Below the pieces are notes generated by a model that saw nothing but the letters and a program-made list of their open reading frames with translations, was not told the DNA's origin and did no database searches. DNA of 64,000 bases from an uncultured Phycisphaerales bacterium (GTDB lineage: Bacteria > Planctomycetota > Phycisphaerae > Phycisphaerales > SM1A02). Shown in pieces: positions 29,765-39,890 of this stretch (the first letter of the stretch is position 1; the number at the start of each line of letters is the position of its first letter). Made by a program: the position numbers and the translations under genes. The DNA lies in the NCBI GenBank assembly GCA_938084645.1, contig CALKEP010000056.1, positions 1 through 64,000 of the forward strand. Reading direction: 5' to 3'.

Positions 29765-30685
29765 ATGAGCGACGCACGCGATCCGAAACAGCCGCTCCGG
29801 GCAGGGCCGTGGGCCCGACTCGTGTTCCTTCAGGTGCCGATGGCGGCGAGCGCCGCGAGCCTGATCGCCGCGACCGCGACCATCCTCGACCGGCCGCTCC
29901 AACCGGCCTGGTACCTCGCCGCGTTCCTCGGGACCTGGTGCGTGTATCTCCGCGACTCGGCGGCATCCTGCGACGCCGAGGACCGTGTCAGCCAACCCGG
30001 CCGAGCGGCGCTCTTCCGATCCAGCCCGTTCCTTCGAAGGACCCTTCCGGCGATCGCCGCCGTTGCGGGGCTCGCCACCCTCGCGTGGATCCGACCGACG
30101 ACACCGACCACGGCCCTGCTCATCGCCGTCGGGCTTCTCGGCCTCCTTCATGCGTTCTCGGTCGGAGGTCGGACGACGTCATGCTCCACGGGGCCACCAC
30201 GCCTGCAATCGCGTCTCGCGATCCTGAAGTCACCGATGGTCTCCATCGCCTGGGCCGGCGCGGCCGTGTCTCTCCCCGTGCTGGAAGGACGGGGGCCCGG
30301 AATCTCGACCGCGACCTGGTCCGGGGCCGCCATGCTCGGGCTGCCGTTGATCGCGATCCTCCTCGGCGATTCGCTGCTGCTCGATCTCCGCGACCGGGAT
30401 GCCGATGCGCAGTTCCACCTGCGGACGATCGCGGTCCGACTCCGGCCTCGAACCGTGCACCTCCTCGTGGGCGTCCTTCTGCTGGTCGCCGCGACCGGTT
30501 TCGTCCTGATCTCGATCGCTGGAGACACCGCGATCTCCGAGCTGGCCCTCGGCATCCCCGCGGTGCTCGGACTCGCCATCGCCTGGGCGGCGTGGTCGAG
30601 CCTCCGAAATCGTGAGGCATCCCTCACGCTGGCGGTCATGGCATGGCGGTTCCTCGCCGGCATCGTCTGCGTCACCCTCGCCTGA
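29765..30685 (+). CDS. UbiA prenyltransferase-like membrane protein
   Basis: Polytopic; Asp-rich DLRDRDAD....RTIAVRL resembles the second UbiA motif; YLRD...DAED in the first loop. Confidence 0.55.
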   Translation: MSDARDPKQPLRAGPWARLVFLQVPMAASAASLIAATATILDRPLQPAWYLAAFLGTWCVYLRDSAASCDAEDRVSQPGRAALFRSSPFLRRTLPAIAAVAGLATLAWIRPTTPTTALLIAVGLLGLLHAFSVGGRTTSCSTGPPRLQSRLAILKSPMVSIAWAGAAVSLPVLEGRGPGISTATWSGAAMLGLPLIAILLGDSLLLDLRDRDADAQFHLRTIAVRLRPRTVHLLVGVLLLVAATGFVLISIAGDTAISELALGIPAVLGLAIAWAAWSSLRNREASLTLAVMAWRFLAGIVCVTLA

Positions 30686-30736
30686 GTCTCCGGTTCACCG
30701 GCGTGTCGGTCGTCGGGCGGTCGATAGACTGCGCCG

Positions 30737-31687
30737 ATGATCGGCCTCGTCGTCCGGCGTCTCGTGCAGATGCCGTTCATCATCCTCATCGTCTACACCG
30801 TGACCTTTGCGCTGGCGTGGCTGGTCCCGGGGAACCCCCTCGAATCGCCGGACGGACGCCGTCCCGACCAGGCGGTGGTGGACGCGATGCTCGCGCAATA
30901 CAAGCTCGACGATCCGGTCGCGTTCTACTTCGACTACCTGGGGAAGGCGACCGGCGTGTCGTATCTGCTCGGTGATGCGGCCCGCCCGTTCGACCTCGGC
31001 CCGAGCCTCAGCCAGTCCGACTGGACGGTGAACGAGATTCTCGCCGCCGGTCTCCCGGTCTCGGTCTCGCTCGGACTCGCCGCGATCCTGATCGCCCTCG
31101 TGCTCGGACTCTTCGCCGGCGTGATCGGCGGACTCCGACCGAACACCGCCCTCGACGCCGGCACGCAGGCGCTGGCAGTGATCGGGATCTCGCTTCCATC
31201 GTTCGTGATCGGCGTGATCCTGCTCATCCTCTTCGCCGTCAAGCTCGGGTGGTTCCCGATCGGCGGCTGGGGCGATCTGCAACACGTGGTCCTTCCGGCC
31301 TTCGCCCTCTCCCTTCCCTTCGCGGCCTACATCGCGCGACTGACGCGGTTCGGCATGATCGACGAGATGCGAAAGGACTACATTCGCACCGCCCGAGCAA
31401 AGGGACTTCCCGAGCGACGCGTGGCGATGGGACATGCGCTTCGCAACGCCTTCCTGCCCGTCCTGAGCTATCTCGGCCCCGCCACGGCCATCGCGATGAC
31501 CGGCTCGTTCGTCATCGAGAAGGTCTTCGCGGTCCCCGGAATCGGTCGCAACTTCGTGGATGCGGTCATGGCGAAGGACATCACCCTCATCATGGGCGTC
31601 GTCCTCGTCTATTCCATCCTGCTGGTGCTCTTCAACCTGATCGTCGACGTGCTCTACAGCTGGATCGATCCACGCATCTCCCTCTGA
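30737..31687 (+). CDS. oppB: Peptide ABC transporter permease
   Basis: PGNP, DYIRTARAKGL (EAA motif), RNAFLP, IEKVFAVPGIG, DPRI end. Confidence 0.93.
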   Translation: MIGLVVRRLVQMPFIILIVYTVTFALAWLVPGNPLESPDGRRPDQAVVDAMLAQYKLDDPVAFYFDYLGKATGVSYLLGDAARPFDLGPSLSQSDWTVNEILAAGLPVSVSLGLAAILIALVLGLFAGVIGGLRPNTALDAGTQALAVIGISLPSFVIGVILLILFAVKLGWFPIGGWGDLQHVVLPAFALSLPFAAYIARLTRFGMIDEMRKDYIRTARAKGLPERRVAMGHALRNAFLPVLSYLGPATAIAMTGSFVIEKVFAVPGIGRNFVDAVMAKDITLIMGVVLVYSILLVLFNLIVDVLYSWIDPRISL

Positions 31688-31717
31688 TCGACCTGCGGAG
31701 GTTCTCGCCGACGCGGA

Positions 31718-32398
31718 TCAGGCGTCGCCCATCGCCGCCTCGACGTCGGCGAGCAATCGTCGCTCCATGGCTTCGTCCCGACCGACCGGCGTCCACAATC
31801 CCGGACTCCTGGTCGTGCCGTCCTCGGGCGAGATCGTCTCCATCGGGTTGGTCGCGTAGGTCCGCCCGACTCGACTCCAGGTGCCTCGGCGGAGTCCGGT
31901 CCGATGCTCCCGCTCGACGTACACCCAGACGCGAAGTTCCACCCGCCCATCGAACGTCTCGAGGTCGGTGAGCCGAAGCTCGCCTTCGGTCGAACCGGGG
32001 AGCGGAGGCCCGACCAATGCCGCATCGCCCGTCGGTTCGGGAGGAACGAAGTCGACGGGAAGAAACTCGAATCGAACCCGCCGCCGTTCCTTGTTCAGGG
32101 TGCTCGAACCCCACTGATCCAGATCGGAATTGTCGACCCGCCACGGCTCGAGCACGCTTCCCGCAAGTCTGGGCCTTGCTTCGATGACTCCACCGGTCCG
32201 ATCGGTGAGCACCGGTGGCATGCCCTGCCTTCGAACGGCCTCACCGGCAGCGTCGAACGCCTGGTCGTATCGATCCGAGCGGAACTCGAGTCGATCCGGG
32301 CCCGACGATGTGCAGCCTGATGCGATCCCGACGGCGAAGGTGGCGATCACGACGCGTCGTACTCGAGAAATCAGGGTGGCGATGGGAGCGGAACTCAT
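31718..32398 (-). CDS. Hypothetical lipoprotein
   Basis: Lipobox-like IASG|C after a hydrophobic stretch. Confidence 0.65.
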   Translation of the reverse strand: MSSAPIATLISRVRRVVIATFAVGIASGCTSSGPDRLEFRSDRYDQAFDAAGEAVRRQGMPPVLTDRTGGVIEARPRLAGSVLEPWRVDNSDLDQWGSSTLNKERRRVRFEFLPVDFVPPEPTGDAALVGPPLPGSTEGELRLTDLETFDGRVELRVWVYVEREHRTGLRRGTWSRVGRTYATNPMETISPEDGTTRSPGLWTPVGRDEAMERRLLADVEAAMGDA

Positions 32399-32685
32399 GG
32401 TCGGAAGCCTATCTCAGGAGACCAGGGAAGGCGGTCATCGCGGATTGCGACGAAACCGGATGACAATTGCCCTCGAATCCATCAGAGACGATGAACCATC
32501 GTCTGCCCCCGACGTCCCAAGGGTGGGAGATTCCGCCTGGGCCGCGGTTATCGGGCCAAGGAACCGCCGGTCGAACTTGACCTGCGTCACGCGGATTCTA
32601 CGCTTCTCCGGGCGATTTCAGTACCCGCCGTGCTCGAGCGGCTTCGATCCAGGACCTTGACCGACACAGATTGGCAATTGAACGC

Positions 32686-34659
32686 ATGACTCGCAGATTC
32701 CCCGGCCATCCGTCGAAGCTTCGGACGCGGGTGATGCTCGCCACAGCGACCTCCCTGGTCGCAGCGGCGATCATCGCCCCCTTCGCCATGGGTGAGAAGG
32801 GTGGTGGCGGTGACGAACAGAACCAGCTTCCGACCTCGCTCGAGGATTTCCAGGGACCCGGCACCCAGCCGAATTCGGATTCGCTCGAGTTCCGTCGGAT
32901 CTACTCCTCGGTGAACTGCATGTTCTGCCACGGCGACTACGGGCTCGAGGTGCCGCCGTACGACACCTGGGTGGTCAGCCTGATGGCCCAGTCCGCCCGT
33001 GACCCGGTCTTCCACGCCGGGCTCACCATCGCGAACCAGGATGCCGACAAGGCCGGCGCCTTCTGCTTCAAATGCCACGTCCCCGCCGCCCACTACCGTG
33101 AGGAAGGCCAGGACGGGCAGCTCCCGGAGTTCGACGAGGAGCTGATGGACGGCATCAACTGCAATTTCTGCCACCGGGTCGTCAGTCCCACGGGTGGCGC
33201 GATGGGATACCCCGGCGACGTCGAGGACCCGGACGCTCCGATCCTCGCGGAGATCGTGGCGGACGGCCTGATGCCCCCGCGTCCCGGCAACGGGGCCATG
33301 ATCGTGGATCCACTCGACGTCCGGCGCGGTCCCTACGACGACGTGCCGGCGAACTATCACGGCTACGACGAATTCGGATCGCAGATTCCGATCATCACCT
33401 CGCCGTTCCACCGCGACAGCACGTTCTGCGGCGGATGCCATGACGTGAGCAATCCGGTCTTCACCCTCGACCCGAAGACGAACAAGGGCGTGCTGAACCC
33501 GATGGGCGAACCCCATCCGACCAACGACACCCACGACATGGTGGCCGAGCAGCGGACCTACTCGGAGTGGCTGAACAGCGACTTCGCGGAGGGCGGCGTG
33601 GTGTTCGAGGACGGCCGCTTCGGCGGCGCGCTCCCGGACGACGCCGCGATCGCCAGCTGCCAGGACTGTCACATGCCCCCGCAGGTCGGCGGTGCATGCG
33701 GGTTCTACACCGGCCCTCCGTTCTTCGAACGACCGGATGTCGGCGCCCACTCCTTCGCCGGCGGCAACACCTGGGTCCTCGATGCGATCGCCGAATCGAT
33801 GGGCGTCGACGCGGACTACTACGGCCTCACGCAGGATCGTCGCGAAGCCGCCAACGCGCGAACGGAGCAGATGCTCCGGGACGCCAGCGACATGGAGCTC
33901 ACCTTCGAAGGCGACGAACTCACGGTCCGGATCATCAATCAGGGCGGACACTCGCTCCCCACCGGCTATCCGGAGGGGCGCCGGATGTGGATCAACGTCA
34001 AGTACGTCGACGCGGCCGGCCAGATCATCGACGAGCGGGGCGAGTACGACTTCGAGACCGCCGAGCTCGAGACCACCGACACCAAGGTCTACGAGAAGAA
34101 GATGGGAATCACGCCCGACGTGGCGAAGCTCGCCAACGTGCCGGCCGGCGAGTCGTTCCATCTCGTTCTGAACAACGAGATCCTCTTCGACAACCGCATT
34201 CCCCCCCGAGGCTTCACGAACGCGAAGTTCGCGGCCTTCGGCGGCGGCCCCAAGGGCGTCGAGTACGCCGACGGCCAGTACTGGGACGACACGACCTTCG
34301 ACATCCCCGAAGGCGCGGTCGAAGCGGTCGCCACCCTGTACTTCCAGACGTCCTCCCGCGAGTACATGGAGTTCCTTCGCGACTACAACGTGACCGACGA
34401 CAAGGGCCAGATCGCCTACGACCTCTGGGTCTCCCAGGGCAAGAGCGCCCCGCTCGCGATGGACGTGATGACGATCGAACTCGAGGCGGGCGTCCCCGGC
34501 GATCTCAATGGCGACGGCATCGTCTCCGGCGCCGACGTCGGCATCCTGCTCGTCCAGTGGGGTCCCTGCACCGGAGACTGCACCGCGGACTTCAACGCCG
34601 ACGGCATCGTCGACGGTGGTGACTTCGGCATCCTGCTGACCTACTGGTTCGGCGGCTGA
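32686..34659 (+). CDS. Exported multiheme (5 x CxxCH) c-type cytochrome with C-terminal dockerin-like repeat
   Basis: [57 protein letters not shown]; exact start uncertain. Confidence 0.85.
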   Translation: MTRRFPGHPSKLRTRVMLATATSLVAAAIIAPFAMGEKGGGGDEQNQLPTSLEDFQGPGTQPNSDSLEFRRIYSSVNCMFCHGDYGLEVPPYDTWVVSLMAQSARDPVFHAGLTIANQDADKAGAFCFKCHVPAAHYREEGQDGQLPEFDEELMDGINCNFCHRVVSPTGGAMGYPGDVEDPDAPILAEIVADGLMPPRPGNGAMIVDPLDVRRGPYDDVPANYHGYDEFGSQIPIITSPFHRDSTFCGGCHDVSNPVFTLDPKTNKGVLNPMGEPHPTNDTHDMVAEQRTYSEWLNSDFAEGGVVFEDGRFGGALPDDAAIASCQDCHMPPQVGGACGFYTGPPFFERPDVGAHSFAGGNTWVLDAIAESMGVDADYYGLTQDRREAANARTEQMLRDASDMELTFEGDELTVRIINQGGHSLPTGYPEGRRMWINVKYVDAAGQIIDERGEYDFETAELETTDTKVYEKKMGITPDVAKLANVPAGESFHLVLNNEILFDNRIPPRGFTNAKFAAFGGGPKGVEYADGQYWDDTTFDIPEGAVEAVATLYFQTSSREYMEFLRDYNVTDDKGQIAYDLWVSQGKSAPLAMDVMTIELEAGVPGDLNGDGIVSGADVGILLVQWGPCTGDCTADFNADGIVDGGDFGILLTYWFGG

Positions 34660-34703
34660 ATCCGCCGCACCTCCGAGGCGGGTCGCCGCGGACGTCGATG
34701 AGC

Positions 34704-34749
34704 ATGAACAGGCCGGATCGATCCCGTCGGATCGATCCGGCCTGTTCAT
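34704..34749. terminator. Perfect 21-bp inverted repeat between convergent genes; probable bidirectional terminator
   Basis: ATGAACAGGCCGGATCGATCC-cgtc-GGATCGATCCGGCCTGTTCAT. Confidence 0.7.
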
Positions 34750-34761
34750 CCATCGAACCGC

Positions 34762-36576
34762 TCACCGGGTGCCGGCGAGTCGACGGACCGTCATCATGAA
34801 CGACCGCTTCATGCTCGCATGCATCGCGTAGACGATCAGGCCGTAGATCACCGCCGCGATCGCCGCCCCGACCAGCATCGAGACGCCGCTGTCGTCGCCT
34901 TCGCGAATCGTCTCGGAGATCGTGCTCTCGGGGATGAATGCGGCGGCGACGAGGTTGAACGGGCTGATCGATGAGATCGCGGATCCGAGGAACGGAATGC
35001 CGTTGCCGCTCGCGACCCCGCAGAGCCCGATCACCCCGGTGACCGTGAAGACCACGAGCACCGCGGCGATGATCGAGCCGATGGTCCCCTTGCTCCGGAT
35101 CGACCACTGAAGCCCGACCATGACGGTGAACGCGACAAAGGCGGGCATGAGCAGCACCATTCCGATCACCGACGACACCTGCAGCAATGGAACCGCCCGG
35201 GTCGCCGTGCCGACCGCGACCGACGCCGTCGTCGCGGTCGGGCGAGCGAGCGCATAGACGAGGATGATCGCCATGGAGATCACCGGCAGCACGAGCATGG
35301 GGAGCAGGTACTGCACGAGCCCCCGGAGTTTTCCCGCGAGATAGGGACCGGGCTGCATCGGCGTCGTGAGGATGAGATCGAGCGTGCCGTCCTCACGCTC
35401 CCGACTCACCGCAGTCGCGCTCATGTTCACCGCCGCGAGCACCACGATGGTGATCTCCGCCGCGACGATGGCGAGCGCCGTCACGCGAAGGTCCATGATG
35501 GTGATCGAACCGACGTGGAACAGCCAGAGCACGAGGAGCGTCGCAATGCCGCCCGCGGCGATGAAGCCCCAGCGACCGAGCACGCCCGCCACGGAGAGCG
35601 ACCGCGAACTCGTCTCTCGCCAGGCGATGGGGTTCTGGCTCGGCGTCCGCGGCTCGCGACCTTCCCCACCGGCGCCACCGAGGCGAAGGAACCGGCGGTA
35701 CCAGGGCACCTGGCCGACCTTGGCGCCGATGACGCGAAGCCGGGCCGTGGAATAGACGATGAGCAGCAGACTGGACAGGACCGAGAGCCACGCGAAGGAC
35801 GCCACCGGTCGCCCCAACCACCATCGCTGCAACCACCCCATGTCCGGATCCACCGACCGAGGCACGTAGCTGTTGCTGAGCAGGAGACTCTCGAGCGCCA
35901 GGAACGGGTTCAAGGGGGTCATGATCGTGGTCGACGTCGCGAGGCTCCCCACCGATACCGGGGCGCGAAGCCGGTTGTCGATCAACCACGTCAGAAAGAG
36001 ATAGATCACCACCGAGACGTAGAAGGCGAAGACGGCGCGTCGGCCCGCGGACCGGGTGACGCTGAGCGTCACCGCGACCGCCGCCACCACCAGGGCGCTG
36101 CACCCAGCGACCACGTAGCTCTGCGCGATCGACTCGCCGGGCACGCCGCCGAAGGTCTGGATGAACAGGAACAGCGGAAGCGAGGAGACCAGCAGTGCGA
36201 GAATGAAGAACAGCCGCCCGAAGAGATTTCCCAGCACGATCTGGAGGGCGTTCAGGGGCGTGGTCAGCAGGATGTCCCAGGTTCGGGGATTCGCCTCCTG
36301 CGCGATCGCGCCGGCCATGAACACGGGCGTGAGGAGGCAGATCAGAAAGACCTGACCGAAGGCCACGATCGTGAACGCCGACGCCCCTCGCTGCGCCAGC
36401 TCCCGCAGGCTGGAGGTCGGCCCGATGAGGGCGAGCAGGAGGATCGCGATCAGGGCGGCCAGATAGCCACTCCGGAGATACAGGTGCCGCATCCGGGTCG
36501 ATCCGCCCTGGATGAGCCGAATGCAGATGGGATTCGTCGGAAGCAGGTCGAGGGCCCACTGAATGACGGCTGGCAT
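34762..36576 (-). CDS. ABC-2 type transporter permease with two membrane domains
   Basis: AIAQEANPRTWDILLTTPL and VSREREDGTLDLILTTPM duplicated motifs; NPI in each half. Confidence 0.8.
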   Translation of the reverse strand: MPAVIQWALDLLPTNPICIRLIQGGSTRMRHLYLRSGYLAALIAILLLALIGPTSSLRELAQRGASAFTIVAFGQVFLICLLTPVFMAGAIAQEANPRTWDILLTTPLNALQIVLGNLFGRLFFILALLVSSLPLFLFIQTFGGVPGESIAQSYVVAGCSALVVAAVAVTLSVTRSAGRRAVFAFYVSVVIYLFLTWLIDNRLRAPVSVGSLATSTTIMTPLNPFLALESLLLSNSYVPRSVDPDMGWLQRWWLGRPVASFAWLSVLSSLLLIVYSTARLRVIGAKVGQVPWYRRFLRLGGAGGEGREPRTPSQNPIAWRETSSRSLSVAGVLGRWGFIAAGGIATLLVLWLFHVGSITIMDLRVTALAIVAAEITIVVLAAVNMSATAVSREREDGTLDLILTTPMQPGPYLAGKLRGLVQYLLPMLVLPVISMAIILVYALARPTATTASVAVGTATRAVPLLQVSSVIGMVLLMPAFVAFTVMVGLQWSIRSKGTIGSIIAAVLVVFTVTGVIGLCGVASGNGIPFLGSAISSISPFNLVAAAFIPESTISETIREGDDSGVSMLVGAAIAAVIYGLIVYAMHASMKRSFMMTVRRLAGTR

Positions 36577-36697
36577 GCTGGGACGTCCGGAATCTTTGGC
36601 TGGAATCCCTGTTTCGGAGACTTCAGGGCTTGCTGGATCGATGGTACCGGTCCCGTTCGCGGTTCGGAACGAACGCGGAACGAGGTGTCCGCAGGTC

Positions 36698-36725
36698 TTG
36701 ACAGACTCCGGGCCGCCGCAATACT
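36698..36725 (+). promoter_or_regulatory. Sigma70-type promoter for the putative 6S RNA and rny
   Basis: TTGACA (36698-36703), 16-nt spacer, AATACT (36720-36725). Confidence 0.6.
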
Positions 36726-36731
36726 ACAAGG

Positions 36732-36925
36732 GCAACTACCGGTACGGCTCGCGCGGCGGGTCGCCGGTTCATACGGCAATCCCGACCCTGGGTCGGGTGA
36801 CGACCGATCTCTCGTCCGGCGATCCAGATCCACACGTTCCGCCAGGTCGGTGGAAACCCGATCCAGACGTCGAACGACAGGTCCAAGGCCTTCCACGCTC
36901 CGCGTGGTCGAGCCCGCCTCCGGCT
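36732..36925 (+). ncRNA. ssrS: Probable 6S RNA
   Basis: About 190 nt rod: CCGG/GGCTCG/CGCGG pair with CCGCG/CGAGCC/CCGG; inner stems CCGACC(C)TGG:CCAGGTCGG and GATCT:AGATC; TTCATAC in the 5' bubble; strong promoter; located upstream of rny. Ends approximate. Confidence 0.6.
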
Positions 36926-37236
36926 TCGGATGGTGGTGACCTGGATAGATTGAATGCTGATTCTTGTTCCGCTGGTGGCCCGTTCTTCCGTTCCTTCCCG
37001 GAGTCGTTTCCGCATCGAGCAGTTCTGATTCACGCTCCATGAACCGTCTCAAACGCCGCTGAAGCTGCGCTCAACGCCCGTCAGCGATCTCTGAGGCGAC
37101 GGATTCGACCCCGCCGACGCTTCGCACCTGCGAATTCGCTCGGACGCCCCCGGTCTTCGATACAAGAGTCGAACGCATGTCACCCTGCGCCCCCGGACAA
37201 TCGTCCGCGACGGTCGTTTCCTCGCTGGAGGGTGGC

Positions 37237-38826
37237 ATGAATTCGATCCCGCTCCTGTTCGCACTCGAATCCCAGGACTTCATCGGATTCGGTATTGCGG
37301 CGGCCGTTGGTGCCGTCCTGTCCTGGCTTCTGATCACCGCCACCACCGGAAAGTCGATCGGAACCGCGAAGGCCGAGGCTGCAACGATCATCGAGGCGGC
37401 CCGCAGTGAGGCTCAGACGGCTGCCAGATCCATCGAGGCCGAGGTCGAGGCCAAGGCCACCGAACGGCGAAAGGCCGCCGAGAAGGAATCTGCAGACCTC
37501 CTCAGCGAAGCCAAGGAGGCTCAGGCCCGCGCGAACAAGCGCGAGGAGACCCTTGATTCCAAACTGACGCAGCTCACCCGGAGGGAAGAGAAGTTCGAGC
37601 GGAAGGAAACCCGGCTGGAAGAGCTCTCCCAGGAGCGAGAGGCCCTGCTTGCGCAGGCCACCCGAACGGCGGAGGACCTCAAGGATCGACTGGCAAGCGT
37701 TGCCCAGATGTCGCGAGAGGAGGCCCAAGAGCGGCTTTTCGAGGAAATTCGCGTCGAATCAACGCATGAAGCCGCCAAGATCGAGCAAGAAGTCATCGAG
37801 GAAGCCGAGGAGCGAGCCCGGGAGAAGAGTCGCGAGATCACGTTGCTGGCGATCCAGCGATACGCCGCCGAAAACGTCAGCGACTCGACCGTTCGCGCCG
37901 TGAAGATCCCCTCCGACGATCTGAAGGGTCGGATCATCGGCCGCGAAGGTCGGAACATCCGAGCGATCGAGAAGGCGACCGGCGCTGATGTCATGGTCGA
38001 TGACACGCCGGGCGTGATCAGCGTGTCCTGCTTCGATCGAGTCCGGCAGGCCATCGCAGCCGAGAGCCTCCAGAAACTCGTGGCGGATGGCCGGGTGCAC
38101 CCCTCGAAGATCGAGGAGATCGTCGCCCAGACCAAGCGGGACATCGAGGAGCGGATCAAGCAAGTCGGCAAGGACGCCCTCGTCGAGACGGACATCCGGG
38201 GCGTCCACCCCAAGATCGCCGAAGCGATGGGCAAGATGCAGTTCCGGACCAGCTACGGCCAGAACGTGCTTCGCCATTCCATCGAAGTTGCCTTCCTCAG
38301 CCAGATGATCGCCGACCAGCTCGGACTCGACGGAACCATCGCCCGCCGGTGCGGTTTTCTCCACGACATCGGCAAGGCGATGGACCACGAGATGGAGGGT
38401 GGCCATCCCGCGATCGGCATGGAGTTCGCCCGGAAGTTCGGCGAGAAGTCCGAAGCGGTGCTCAACGCCATCGGCGGGCACCACGGCGACATCCCCGCCA
38501 CGACCCCGTACACCGCGATCGTCATGGCCGCCGACGCGGTCAGCGGCGCCCGCCCCGGCGCGCGACGCGAGTCGATGGAGATGTACATCAAGCGGCTCGA
38601 GCAGCTCGAGGGAATCGCCACCGACCAGCCCTTCGTCGAGGAAGCCCACGCGATCCAGGCCGGCCGCGAAGTGCGGGTCATCCTCGACGCACGGAAGGCT
38701 GATGACGCGACGGCCCACAAGATCGCCCGTGACGTCGCGAAGCGGGTCGAGGACGAGATGACCTTCCCCGGCGAGATCAAGGTCACGGTGCTCCGCGAGG
38801 TCCGGGCCGAGGCGATCGCACGCTAG
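37237..38826 (+). CDS. rny: Ribonuclease Y
   Basis: N-terminal TM, coiled coil, KGRIIGREGRNIR (KH), LHDIGK (HD), SGARPGARRE, AIQAGREVRV; SD GGAGGG. Confidence 0.97.
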   Translation: MNSIPLLFALESQDFIGFGIAAAVGAVLSWLLITATTGKSIGTAKAEAATIIEAARSEAQTAARSIEAEVEAKATERRKAAEKESADLLSEAKEAQARANKREETLDSKLTQLTRREEKFERKETRLEELSQEREALLAQATRTAEDLKDRLASVAQMSREEAQERLFEEIRVESTHEAAKIEQEVIEEAEERAREKSREITLLAIQRYAAENVSDSTVRAVKIPSDDLKGRIIGREGRNIRAIEKATGADVMVDDTPGVISVSCFDRVRQAIAAESLQKLVADGRVHPSKIEEIVAQTKRDIEERIKQVGKDALVETDIRGVHPKIAEAMGKMQFRTSYGQNVLRHSIEVAFLSQMIADQLGLDGTIARRCGFLHDIGKAMDHEMEGGHPAIGMEFARKFGEKSEAVLNAIGGHHGDIPATTPYTAIVMAADAVSGARPGARRESMEMYIKRLEQLEGIATDQPFVEEAHAIQAGREVRVILDARKADDATAHKIARDVAKRVEDEMTFPGEIKVTVLREVRAEAIAR

Positions 38827-38835
38827 TCTTTCCGC

Positions 38836-39843
38836 ATGGCGGCAGACGTCGAACCATCGGAGTCGGGTGACCAGACGATGCCACCCGCAACCGATCCGGA
38901 GATCACGGCTGCCGTCATCGATCGCTGGCCGATCGGCCCACGATCCGCGAGCGAGGCGCTCCAACGTCATTATTCGATGTCCCTGCCCGGGATCCTGCTC
39001 CTCGCGATCGTGGCCCCGATCTGCCTCGCCATGGCCATCTATCTGCTGGTGCTTCCAGCGTCCGTGCAGGAAGCGAGCGAGATCGCTCCCACGGTCTCGT
39101 ACATTCTGATTCTGATCGCCGTCGTGATCTCATTCGAAGTCACTCGCCAGAGCCTGCGACGCCGACACGCGATTCAAGTCGGCCGGCGACTGCTGGAAGT
39201 CGGTACGGCGATCTGTCCGGGTTGCGGCTCGGATCCGTTCGACCCCGGAGGATGCTGCCGCCGCGCGCCCGTGGGCTGGTCCCCGCTCGACCTGTACGGA
39301 TTCTGGCACGAGGCCACCGTCCAGCGAGCGAAGCCCGTCGCGCGACTGGCGCGCCGCGCCGGGAACGGCGGCGTCCCCTTCGGTCTCTTCTCCGATTCAC
39401 GTCGCGATCGCCATGGAGACGCGGACTTTTCGACGTCCTGGAGACGCCCTCGCGGCCCATACGGGACCTCGCTCCGTCTGCCTCGGGCGAATCCGGCCGC
39501 GAAGGCCATGCGATCGATCGGCCGATGGTGGCCCGTCCTGTCACCCTTGTGGTTCGTCCTGCTCACGATCGTGGTCCTTCCCCGCCTCCTTTCCCTGAGC
39601 GCGGGCGGCCTCTCCACGATGGGCTGGATCTTCCTGGGGATGGTGGTGATCGGTGGAGTGTGGGGCCTCGTCGCCTTCCTGCGGCGGGTGCGCGATCGAT
39701 CTGAATCGGGGCTCCTGACTGCTCCTCGCTGCAACGCCTGCCGGTATCGGCTTCATCCGCCGTTTCCCGACGCCTGCCCCGAGTGTGGCGTGGAGATTCT
39801 CACGGCACAGGACGTCACGCTCATTCCCTACCGAGTGGAATGA
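38836..39843 (+). CDS. Hypothetical membrane protein with two Cys clusters (zinc-ribbon-like)
   Basis: 2 TM, CPGCG..PF....CC, 2 TM, CNAC...CPECG. Confidence 0.7.
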   Translation: MAADVEPSESGDQTMPPATDPEITAAVIDRWPIGPRSASEALQRHYSMSLPGILLLAIVAPICLAMAIYLLVLPASVQEASEIAPTVSYILILIAVVISFEVTRQSLRRRHAIQVGRRLLEVGTAICPGCGSDPFDPGGCCRRAPVGWSPLDLYGFWHEATVQRAKPVARLARRAGNGGVPFGLFSDSRRDRHGDADFSTSWRRPRGPYGTSLRLPRANPAAKAMRSIGRWWPVLSPLWFVLLTIVVLPRLLSLSAGGLSTMGWIFLGMVVIGGVWGLVAFLRRVRDRSESGLLTAPRCNACRYRLHPPFPDACPECGVEILTAQDVTLIPYRVE

Positions 39844-39890
39844 TCGCACCCGGTTCGTTCGGCCTAGAGTCCGTCCATGGGACCATCGCG

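Noticed and set aside
32686..32720. MTRRF as a Tat signal on the cytochrome
   Set aside because: Poor match to S/T-R-R-x-F-L-K, start uncertain, and c-type apocytochromes normally use Sec.
37090..37130. GGATTCGAC resembling a tmRNA 5' end or a tRNA T-loop
   Set aside because: No acceptor stem, T-stem pairing, CCA end or tag reading frame found.
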